Positions 56,565 to 64,000 of a stretch of DNA of 64,000 bases are shown in pieces; the first letter of the stretch is position 1; every line of letters begins with the position of its first letter. Under the pieces are notes generated by a model. It was not told where the DNA came from, made no database searches, and saw only the letters and a list, made by a program, of their open reading frames with translations. The translations under genes and the position numbers were made by a program. Origin of the DNA: a virus (lineage: Duplodnaviria > Caudoviricetes); the IMG/VR virus record IMGVR_UViG_3300027255_000165; one strand, given 5' to 3'.

Positions 56565-58700
56565 TTACTTCTTAAATCTCTTAGCGATTTCTTCGCCAAT
56601 ACCAGTTACATCGTAACCGATAGATTTCTTAGGAGCTTCTTCTTTCTTAGCTTCTGTGATCATAGTTAGCTTTTCCATAACTGGAGCAACTTCTCTTAGA
56701 TCTCTTGTTTGCCAGAAGTTAGCAACTTGGTAAGGAGTAGAAAGCTTCACCATCTTAGCTTGAGCAGATAATTGATTTCTCTTAGCTTCAGATAGGTTAT
56801 TCCAGATCTCTTTGTATTCAGCTGGAGCAGCTTCCACAAAGTAAGGAGTAGTTTGACCTGCAACTTCAACTAGAGCACCTTCCATTAGAGTAACAATTTG
56901 TGACTCTGTTAGGTAACCTCTACCTTCAACTGCTGAAAGAACTTTAGTTCTGTCTTCAACTTCTAGTTCGTTGAATCTTGTCTTAGTAGATTCAGATACA
57001 AACTTGAAGAAGTGAGGATCGTTAGTCTTCTTTTCAGTAGCTTTGTTGATTAGAGAAGAAAGCTTCTCAGAGATTTCTCTTTTGTAAGACTCTAGAGCGT
57101 CATCGGTGATTGCATCTTCTTCAGATGGAATTTCCTGATCAGCTTGCTTAGTGATTTTCTTATCGTCTTCAGAAGAAACTTCGTCCATATCAGCTTCTAG
57201 GTCTTCAGCGTCGATAGCACCTTCAGCAGATTCTTCAACTTCTTCACCTTCTTTAACTGTTACAGGGTATGTCTTACCGTCGAATTCAAATTCTTTCTCA
57301 CCTTTATCTTTAGCTTCTTTAGCTGCAGCAGCGAAAGCTCTTCCTTCTTCGACTTCTTCAGTCTCTTCAGTCTCTTCTGACTCTTCAGCTTCAACAACTT
57401 CTTTAGCAGCTTCTTCACCTTCATCTTCTGGTGCGTCTTGATCAGCTGCGTCAAGTTCTTTCTTGTCATCTTCAGAGTAAACCTCTTTAGTGTCAGCCTC
57501 TAGGTCTTCAGCTTCAACACCAGCTTCTTCACCAGCTGCATCAACTGAACCTTCAGCTGAATTGTCACCAACGTTTTCTAGCTCGTTCTTGTCTGCTGCT
57601 TCTTCGTGATCTTTTGCTGCTCCTTCACCTTCTTCTTCAACGATTAGGTTAGAATTAATAGTTTCAGCAATGTAATCAGCGTATTCAGAGATTGACTCGA
57701 TGTTTTCTTTTAGGTAGTTTAGATACTTTTGAACATTCTCACCTGTAGTAACACCTTCGTTGTAAGATTCTGCCAAATAATTAGCGTAATCCTTAACGTT
57801 ATTTACTGACTCAGCGATGTGCTCAGAGTATTCAATTCCTTGGTCCAACTTTTCTGCCAAGTAGTTAGAGTATTCGATGTTACCATCTAATTTTTCTGCA
57901 ACGTACTCAGAGTACTGAATACCTTTGTCAGCTCTTTCAGCAACGTATTCTACGTACTCTGTAAGAGCTTTCATCTTCTCTTCAATAGTCTCAGTAGAAA
58001 CGGCGGCTAGAGCTTCTTTAAGCGATTTGATCTCTTCAGCAAGGTAGGCAGAGTACTTGTTGAAATCTTCAACCGCTATAAATCTAGCTTTGTTTTCCAT
58101 GATGTTTGTATCGTTATTTTCGATTTTAGTTTCTGTTTCAAGTAGAGTAGCAACTCCTCCAATTTCATAGATTTGAATTAGATCGTCGTTAGCTAGTCCG
58201 TAAGATTCATTTACTCTTGCAAGTTCAGCGTTCTCGAAACCTGGATCAGCAACTAGATCGTAAGTGAAAAGTTGCTTGATTTTAACTTTACCGTCTGATT
58301 CAACAACACCAGCAGCTCTTGAAGAGATGTGCAATGGAATGCCAGAATCAACTAGAGCTTTAGCTTGCTTTCCAGCATCTGTGTCTAGTAGTCTGATTCT
58401 ACCTCTGATTTGCTTAGAATCTTGATCGTAGTGAAGTTCCTCGATTACGTGTGAAACGTTTCTTAGAGAAATGTCAAATTTTTGTGGGTGATCAAGCTCA
58501 CCTAATAGCTTAGATGACTTGATTTTCTCCTGTAGAGATTCGATTTGTGGTAAGTATTCTTCAGCTGTATAGATACGATTGTTTCTATTCTTTTTGTCCA
58601 GCTCTCCGAAAATACCTTCGAGTACGTATGAACCTCCTTCTGATTTGAAGTCCAGTGTATTCGATGATCTCTCAAGGATCAATAGATTATGTTGATTCAT
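56565..58700 (-). CDS. gp21: prohead protease fused to scaffolding protein
   Basis: N-terminal LEGIF..KNRNNR.Y..GELDHP..VSH..ISSRAAG..YDLVADPGF; ~500-aa acidic coiled-coil C-terminus. Confidence 0.9.
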   Translation of the reverse strand: MNQHNLLILERSSNTLDFKSEGGSYVLEGIFGELDKKNRNNRIYTAEEYLPQIESLQEKIKSSKLLGELDHPQKFDISLRNVSHVIEELHYDQDSKQIRGRIRLLDTDAGKQAKALVDSGIPLHISSRAAGVVESDGKVKIKQLFTYDLVADPGFENAELARVNESYGLANDDLIQIYEIGGVATLLETETKIENNDTNIMENKARFIAVEDFNKYSAYLAEEIKSLKEALAAVSTETIEEKMKALTEYVEYVAERADKGIQYSEYVAEKLDGNIEYSNYLAEKLDQGIEYSEHIAESVNNVKDYANYLAESYNEGVTTGENVQKYLNYLKENIESISEYADYIAETINSNLIVEEEGEGAAKDHEEAADKNELENVGDNSAEGSVDAAGEEAGVEAEDLEADTKEVYSEDDKKELDAADQDAPEDEGEEAAKEVVEAEESEETEETEEVEEGRAFAAAAKEAKDKGEKEFEFDGKTYPVTVKEGEEVEESAEGAIDAEDLEADMDEVSSEDDKKITKQADQEIPSEEDAITDDALESYKREISEKLSSLINKATEKKTNDPHFFKFVSESTKTRFNELEVEDRTKVLSAVEGRGYLTESQIVTLMEGALVEVAGQTTPYFVEAAPAEYKEIWNNLSEAKRNQLSAQAKMVKLSTPYQVANFWQTRDLREVAPVMEKLTMITEAKKEEAPKKSIGYDVTGIGEEIAKRFKK

Positions 58701-58757
58701 GAACCTTATAGTATATTTGGTTTATATATCCTGATGAAAAAAGAGAAAAATGATTTT

Positions 58758-59102
58758 TTATAGATCTGCTAGAGGATCTTCCTCTCCATCTCCACCATCA
58801 GCTTCTTTCTCAGCTTCTTTTTCTTTCTCTTTCACTTCTGCTTGATAATCATTGAAATACTTTTTGATCTTTTCAATGTCTTCAGTAGAAAATGATAATT
58901 GACCAAACTTATCGTACATTTTATCTACTGTTTCTTCCTCTGTTTCAGAAGATATTACAATGCCTAAGATCTCTTCTGAAGAGATTTCAGTTCCATCGGT
59001 TGTAATCATATCGTCGATCACAACTTCTGATTCTTCTCCGGCTTTAATAGCATCTTCAGTAATTGAAGACCAGTATTGTTCAAATGTCTTTAGATTTTTC
59101 AT
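58758..59102 (-). CDS. small acidic prohead core / internal protein
   Basis: Between portal and protease (gp67/68 position); N-terminal MKNLKTFEQYW. Confidence 0.6.
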   Translation of the reverse strand: MKNLKTFEQYWSSITEDAIKAGEESEVVIDDMITTDGTEISSEEILGIVISSETEEETVDKMYDKFGQLSFSTEDIEKIKKYFNDYQAEVKEKEKEAEKEADGGDGEEDPLADL

Positions 59103-59120
59103 AGTCTATTTATCTGTGTG

Positions 59121-60728
59121 TTACATTCCTCCGCCCATCGCTGCCATTGGGTCTGGATCATCTTCACCAGCTTGTTTAGCTTCTTTACGAGCTTTATATG
59201 CATCGTTAGCTGCTTTATCGTCTGGAGTTAGTTTTAAGTATCTGTCAACTAAGAAGTCCATATCAAAGTAGTGTTCTTCTTCCATCGTTGCAGGATCAGT
59301 AATAACTAGGTTATCTTTCAATGAACCGATGAAGTCAATTCTACGTTCCATGATTTCCATGTTCTTCAGTTCAGCAAACATGTTCTCTTCATTAAATCTT
59401 AGAGCGATTTGAGTTCTAAATGCAGCATCATCTGCAAACTCTGGGAATTTAATAGACAACTGGATGAACAGTGGCTTTACAAGAACTTCTTGGAAAGCTG
59501 ATCTCAAACGTCTAACAAATTTAGAGAACTTGATTTCGTCTCTAATCATACCGTCAGCTGCAAGGTTGAATTCACCACCGCCATCTTCATACATGAAACG
59601 GTTGAATGGAATCTTAGATACATGCTTCAACTTATCAGAGAAGTACTTAAGAGCTTCCGTGTCTGATAGATCTGGACCATCACCTCCTAGGGTTTCAATC
59701 TCTGGTGATTCACCTTCTTTTGAAGGCAACCAGTATTCTTTGTTGAACTGCATCATTGGCTTACCGTCGGTTGTCAGTGTACCTGATTCCCAATCAAAGT
59801 CAACGACTTCTTTATAGTTATTCATCAATTGTGCTAGAGATTGCTTAGCACGTGTTTTTGATTTACCACCCATTGGAATCACAAACTTCATTCTGAATGA
59901 AGCGTTAGTCACTGCCCAAATAACTCGGGTGTGTTCCATGATTCTCATTAGGTTAAATGCTCTAACCAATCTTTCTACATAAGAAACTCTTGATGCAGTT
60001 GTAATTGAAGAGTATGAGATGTAAATGATCTGTGCATCATAAAGAACTCTTTCCTTAATAGGATCATCCTTATATTGAATCCAAACCTTTTTACCGTCTT
60101 CTTTATTATAACCTGGCATTAGGGTTACAGGATCTAGTTCTTTAAAACCAATGATCTGCTTTTGGTCAGGTGAATAAATGATTTCAAACGCTAGGTAACC
60201 ATCAATCAGGAACTTTCTAAAATAGTACCATGCAGATTGATCTTGGTTAAAACCAAAGTATTGATAGATTTCTCTAAATGCTCTCTTAAAATAAGCATCT
60301 ACTTCATCTGATACATCAAATCCGATGATGTCAGGATAACAGAAAAAGTTCTTTTCATCATAGACAACTGTCTCATCACAAAGAATGTCAAGAATGTCTT
60401 CAATTTCATCATGAAGTGAGAATCTTCTAAGCTCATCTCTTTTAGCAGGATAGTTTTTATCAAAGAAAGGAATTTGCTTTCTCATGTTGGTGTCGGTCAT
60501 CGACAACGCTGCAAACGCAGCATAGATGTCGTCATTGTCAACACCCATCGGGTTGATCTGACCGTAACCGAATTGCGCTTCCATTGGTCCGATTGCTTGA
60601 GATTGGCGCAATACCAAATCATCATAATACATACCGAACGACGAAAGTCGCTTCAGACCATCACTAAGAGTGAATGGTCTTCTGCCCGTCGATAGGGGAC
60701 CGTTTCTATTTTCTACAAAACCTGCCAT
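59121..60728 (-). CDS. gp20: portal protein
   Basis: FR.+.IDG...F, R+MEH.RVIWAV.NA, E+W+P..EG..PEIETLGG, YF..KL...S.IP..R, I.RDEIKF.KFV.RLR. Confidence 0.97.
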   Translation of the reverse strand: MAGFVENRNGPLSTGRRPFTLSDGLKRLSSFGMYYDDLVLRQSQAIGPMEAQFGYGQINPMGVDNDDIYAAFAALSMTDTNMRKQIPFFDKNYPAKRDELRRFSLHDEIEDILDILCDETVVYDEKNFFCYPDIIGFDVSDEVDAYFKRAFREIYQYFGFNQDQSAWYYFRKFLIDGYLAFEIIYSPDQKQIIGFKELDPVTLMPGYNKEDGKKVWIQYKDDPIKERVLYDAQIIYISYSSITTASRVSYVERLVRAFNLMRIMEHTRVIWAVTNASFRMKFVIPMGGKSKTRAKQSLAQLMNNYKEVVDFDWESGTLTTDGKPMMQFNKEYWLPSKEGESPEIETLGGDGPDLSDTEALKYFSDKLKHVSKIPFNRFMYEDGGGEFNLAADGMIRDEIKFSKFVRRLRSAFQEVLVKPLFIQLSIKFPEFADDAAFRTQIALRFNEENMFAELKNMEIMERRIDFIGSLKDNLVITDPATMEEEHYFDMDFLVDRYLKLTPDDKAANDAYKARKEAKQAGEDDPDPMAAMGGGM

Positions 60729-60760
60729 GTGTTAAAAACTAGTTTCTCGTTATATATTCT

Positions 60761-61366
60761 TCATTTTTTGTTGTAATCTCTGAACTGTCTCTGAATGCTA
60801 GCTAATGAAGCTCCTTCTAGTTCTATGAAATCGCACAACGCAATTAGGTGCCAGTTCTCATAACTAACAACCGCTTGCTTTCTTTTCAACATCGGGATGT
60901 ACTGCCTAACAGCAAATCCAAACCCGTATCTGTCTAAATAACTTTTTGCACCTGCATAAGTCATTTGTAATCGACCCTGAGCATTGGCATCATCCTTTGC
61001 TCTTGTCGTTAGTGTCTTAATAGAACCACTGAGACGTGTGTAAATATCGTCTAACAGTTTTTCTTTAATTTCAACCGGTAATAGATTTAGATTGATTCCG
61101 CAATCATTTCCTGCTACTGGATCGAGCGCTAACACAACGGGATTTCTGTCCCACCATGCAAGATATTGTTCTGTTTTCGGGTTATCATACCTGAAAACAT
61201 ATATTTTACCGGGAATAAAGGGTAAAGTTTTCGATTTAGCAACACTTTTATCTCTAAAAGAGTTTAAAGCTTTGTTATACCATACCTCGGCCGCCTTTCG
61301 AGCAGCCGTCTTACCTCCATTATCCTTAGAATACTTTGCTATTTTAGATTTGATTTCTCCCATCAC
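60761..61366 (-). CDS. gp2: DNA end protector-like protein
   Basis: PG.+Y.F.YD.PKT...L.WWD..P+V+...GINL..LP. Confidence 0.75.
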   Translation of the reverse strand: MMGEIKSKIAKYSKDNGGKTAARKAAEVWYNKALNSFRDKSVAKSKTLPFIPGKIYVFRYDNPKTEQYLAWWDRNPVVLALDPVAGNDCGINLNLLPVEIKEKLLDDIYTRLSGSIKTLTTRAKDDANAQGRLQMTYAGAKSYLDRYGFGFAVRQYIPMLKRKQAVVSYENWHLIALCDFIELEGASLASIQRQFRDYNKK

Positions 61367-61839
61367 TTAAGCGAGTTTTCTGTCATAACAACAAACCTAC
61401 AACCTCGGTCTTCAGCATACTTTTTAGCTGAAATATATTTATCACGATTCGTAACGTACTGTTCGGCTAAGAATTTATAACCGTCAATTGCCTTTTTCGA
61501 ATTTGTCTTCGGTGGTTCAGGCTTAGTGATTTGAGCTTCGGGTTTGATTTCAACAATCAATTGCTCTTGGGAACCATCTTCCTTTAGGATCTTAATGTAA
61601 AAATCGGGGTGGTAGGTTCTTTCTTTTTTGTAAAGAGTTGACCAATACTTGATTTCAATCGGTTCACTAGACCACATTAGAACTCTTTCATTGGTGTCGC
61701 ACCAAATCATGAACTTACGTTCCCATGAACTTCTGAAAATAACGGGTTGCGGACCCACATACTTTTCTAAGTTGTGAGGCTTATAGTAACCTTGGATGAA
61801 TCCAGATTTCTTAGTAGGTTTAACCCGTTTAATTGACAT
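61363..61839 (-). CDS. gp4: head completion nuclease (TnsA-N/PD-(D/E)xK fold)
   Basis: G.YKP.N.EKY.G..+.FRSSWE.KFM.WCD.N..V..WSSE..I.Y..Y.PDF..VEIKP..Q..N..K...A. Confidence 0.9.
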   Translation of the reverse strand: MSIKRVKPTKKSGFIQGYYKPHNLEKYVGPQPVIFRSSWERKFMIWCDTNERVLMWSSEPIEIKYWSTLYKKERTYHPDFYIKILKEDGSQEQLIVEIKPEAQITKPEPPKTNSKKAIDGYKFLAEQYVTNRDKYISAKKYAEDRGCRFVVMTENSLK

Positions 61840-62210
61840 TAAATTGTGTAAATTCCACCTTCTCCATCTTCGGTTCTATAACCTGCACGATCGATTGAAA
61901 GTGTGCCCTTATACTTTTGTGGATGAATCTTATTCCAACCCTTTGCATAACCTCGCTTTGCAATCTCTGTAAAATATGCAAATGCATTAGGGTATTGTGG
62001 ATTGAAGTTTCTCCAATACTTCAACATATCTAGTAGCGCAAACTGAAGACAGTCCTCTCGATCTTCATCGTAGACGTATTTCATTTTACGAATGGCTCGA
62101 TCCGCCAAAAGCATCAGCATTTTTTCAGCATCAGAAGTTAATTTGTCCTGATCTTTTGACTTAACGATCTCGTTGTAAAGATCCTTGTTATTAAGATAAT
62201 TTCTAGCCAC
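61839..62210 (-). CDS. gp55: late-transcription sigma factor (gp55-like)
   Basis: YLNNKDLY..IV...+ML.A....K..Y..EDC...+..+LKY..NF.P...NAFAY.T (T4 gp55 pattern); GTG start at 62210 preferred over the track start 62246. Confidence 0.75.
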   Translation of the reverse strand: MARNYLNNKDLYNEIVKSKDQDKLTSDAEKMLMLLADRAIRKMKYVYDEDREDCLQFALLDMLKYWRNFNPQYPNAFAYFTEIAKRGYAKGWNKIHPQKYKGTLSIDRAGYRTEDGEGGIYTI

Positions 62211-62248
62211 TGTTGTGTTGTGTATTATTTGATACCTTTTATACACCT

Positions 62249-62279
62249 AAAAGGCCAGAAAGTTTATTCCTGGCCTTTT
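62249..62279. terminator. bidirectional terminator-like hairpin
   Basis: AAAAGGCCAG-N11-CTGGCCTTTT. Confidence 0.7.
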
Positions 62280-62298
62280 CGTGTAGGGTTAAAGTAAA

Positions 62299-63066
62299 TT
62301 AAAGTGCAGATTTGACTTCGGCAATATCTGCCTCAATCTTCTTGATCTCACCTTCAATCAGAGCATCAGCTGCTTTGATTTCATCGATAGATCTGTCTGC
62401 GTCAGCTAGAAGATTTCTCTGATCCTTTAAGAAGTGAATCATTTCTTCTAGATTTTCGATCTTCTTAAGAGTTACAACTCTATCAGCTGCTTCACCTTCT
62501 AATAGATTAGATAGGAACATTGAAGCGTCAAGACCAGTCTTTTCAGTTACGTACTCAATCGCTGTATTTGCAGTGTTAACTCTTGTGAACTTCTGCATTC
62601 TTGTAGATTTGTTGAACGTAGATGTGTAAACGTTTTCTTCTAGTTTGAATAGATCTACAACGTTATTAGCATTTTCAAATGTCTGAACGAAATCTAGAGC
62701 GATGTACTTATCAACGTTAGAAGCTGCTTCAACGAATAGCTCAGCGGTCTCTTTATGTTCGTATCTAATGACACCGGCTGCCAAAACGTGATTAACGAAA
62801 GATTCAGATAAAATCTCGCTATTACCCAAGAAGAACTTGCCTTCTTCGATCGAGTATCTCATTCTGTTAACTCCATGAAACCATCTGATTTCATTGTTTT
62901 CAAATCTGAATGCTGAAAGAGCTTCAACAAGTCTTGTAAATTCTGAAGGGATTTGACCTTCTGCTTCTGAGATCTCGTTAGTTTCAGTGTTAACTACATA
63001 AGGTAGGTTTCTTACTGCAACTAGAACTTGATTCTCGCTTAGTTGGAAAAATGGTGAAATAATCAT
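62299..63066 (-). CDS. hypothetical late protein
   Basis: 255 aa, preceded by GATATATA (63095-63102); C-terminal coiled coil. Confidence 0.7.
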   Translation of the reverse strand: MIISPFFQLSENQVLVAVRNLPYVVNTETNEISEAEGQIPSEFTRLVEALSAFRFENNEIRWFHGVNRMRYSIEEGKFFLGNSEILSESFVNHVLAAGVIRYEHKETAELFVEAASNVDKYIALDFVQTFENANNVVDLFKLEENVYTSTFNKSTRMQKFTRVNTANTAIEYVTEKTGLDASMFLSNLLEGEAADRVVTLKKIENLEEMIHFLKDQRNLLADADRSIDEIKAADALIEGEIKKIEADIAEVKSAL

Positions 63067-63104
63067 CTTTGAGTGATTTATTTTAATCTTTAACTATATA
63101 TCAG

Positions 63105-63893
63105 TTAATCTACGATGCCCGGGGGATTGGATACATTAGTTCTATCGAACCTGTCGGGCGCAGTTTCAGTGGTGTAAGAATGAATTTCAAACATTCTGTT
63201 ACCAATGTGCATTTCAGTTTCAAATTCAAACGATGGAATGAATGAACTAACTTCAACTGAGAAAGTAATTTTGTAACCTTCTTTAGAGTCGAATGTAAAT
63301 TCAATTGGTCTCTCGGTTGTGTAGTCCTCGGGCATTGCATAGTATGAAGAGATTCTATATGTGCCTTCATCTAAGTGGCCAACCTCGACGTTAAAGTAGT
63401 TTGACTTATACAACCTTTTAATGATCATCTCAGTGATCTTAAAGTTATCTAGTTGTGAGGAAGTAATAATCTCAATATCAAATGAAAGATTGACCGGAAT
63501 CATCTCAAACTCCGCTGTGTAACCTTCCATAGCACCTTGATCGTTCATCTTAGCGTATTCACCCCTGGTTCTCTTGTTAACCAGTTTAGAAGAATCAATT
63601 GACATTGAAGTTAGGTTTGCAACACCTCTTGGAACAATGTCATAATTGCCATCCGCTCTAACATCTCCTGGAGCACAGTTCAAACCGTCCTTGGTTAAGA
63701 ACAGAAACTGATCCTTTAAAAAGTCTTCATCTCCAGAAATAGAGTAATAGAATGGCACGTCAACCTCAACTCGAGTATCTGCATCCATCTGACGATAGAA
63801 GTAAACTTTGTTGTTAAGGTCTGCAAGAAGTCCGATGATCAAGTGTCTAATAACACTGTCATCCTTGTTGTACTTTACGTTGTATGTTGCCAT
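63105..63893 (-). CDS. gp15: tail terminator / sheath stabiliser (gp15-like)
   Basis: IR.+I+..L..LNN...VP+.Y....+F...PR....T+..D..K..P.N+.F.+.I...Q.D...I.E.I. Confidence 0.75.
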   Translation of the reverse strand: MATYNVKYNKDDSVIRHLIIGLLADLNNKVYFYRQMDADTRVEVDVPFYYSISGDEDFLKDQFLFLTKDGLNCAPGDVRADGNYDIVPRGVANLTSMSIDSSKLVNKRTRGEYAKMNDQGAMEGYTAEFEMIPVNLSFDIEIITSSQLDNFKITEMIIKRLYKSNYFNVEVGHLDEGTYRISSYYAMPEDYTTERPIEFTFDSKEGYKITFSVEVSSFIPSFEFETEMHIGNRMFEIHSYTTETAPDRFDRTNVSNPPGIVD

Positions 63894-63905
63894 ACACTAT
63901 ATATC

Positions 63906-64000
63906 TTATTCGATGGACTCTATCTCGAACTTCGAGAACCCGTTATCACGATAGATCTGTAACTTTTTGTCAAAGATTTCGTGAGGTAGAACGGTGTGAT
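63906..64000 (-). CDS. gp46: C-terminal end of gp46/SbcC-like recombination ATPase (partial)
   Basis: Manual translation HTVLPHEIFDKKLQIYRDNGFSKFEIESIE*, matching the H-loop and FD+...K.NGFS terminus of SbcC/gp46. Confidence 0.6.
   Translation of the reverse strand, partial: HTVLPHEIFDKKLQIYRDNGFSKFEIESIE

Noticed and set aside
61363-61839. TnsA-like nuclease as evidence of a Tn7-like transposon
   Set aside because: The motifs and position (beside gp2 and portal) match T4 gp4 head completion protein, and no tnsB/tnsC or transposon ends are seen.
1-64000. Alternative genetic code (stop-codon reassignment, seen in some jumbo phages)
   Set aside because: Core genes (portal, MCP, TerL, sheath) are full length under code 11, and no suppressor tRNA is seen.

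Overview
This 64-kb window is part of a large T4-like (myovirus) jumbo-phage genome, and almost all genes are on the - strand. The right half holds the core morphogenesis and replication modules: gp46 C-terminus, gp15, gp55-like late sigma, gp4, gp2, portal gp20, fused protease-scaffold gp21/22, major capsid gp23, clamp loader gp44/gp62, RNase H-like 5' exonuclease, neck gp14-like, terminase, sheath gp18, tube gp19, gp26/gp51 and a tape-measure-like protein. The middle holds seven tRNAs, candidate structured ncRNAs, an unannotated lipoprotein and a KTSC protein. The left half is a ~30-kb accessory virion-fibre locus. It encodes very long Gly-X-Y proteins (Pro-poor GAQ/GQK collagen and Ser/Thr-rich GTS/GSS/GTN collagen, with S74 chaperones, a vWA domain and LamG/fibrinogen-like adhesins). 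These are interleaved with a PLOD/lysyl-hydroxylase-like 2OG-Fe(II) oxygenase (missed by the ORF track), glycosyltransferases, a sulfotransferase and a J-domain-sulfotransferase fusion. The main hypothesis is a phage-encoded collagen hydroxylation/glycosylation/sulfation system that decorates the virion fibres. Other notable signals are a ~300-nt structured RNA in the tRNA cluster, a prfB-like +1 frameshift candidate joining gp26 and gp51, at least two promoter classes, and apparently leaderless late genes. SD-less, A-rich start contexts and a Bacteroidota-style lipoprotein suggest a Bacteroidota host (inference). All family assignments are by motif recognition, not by database search.
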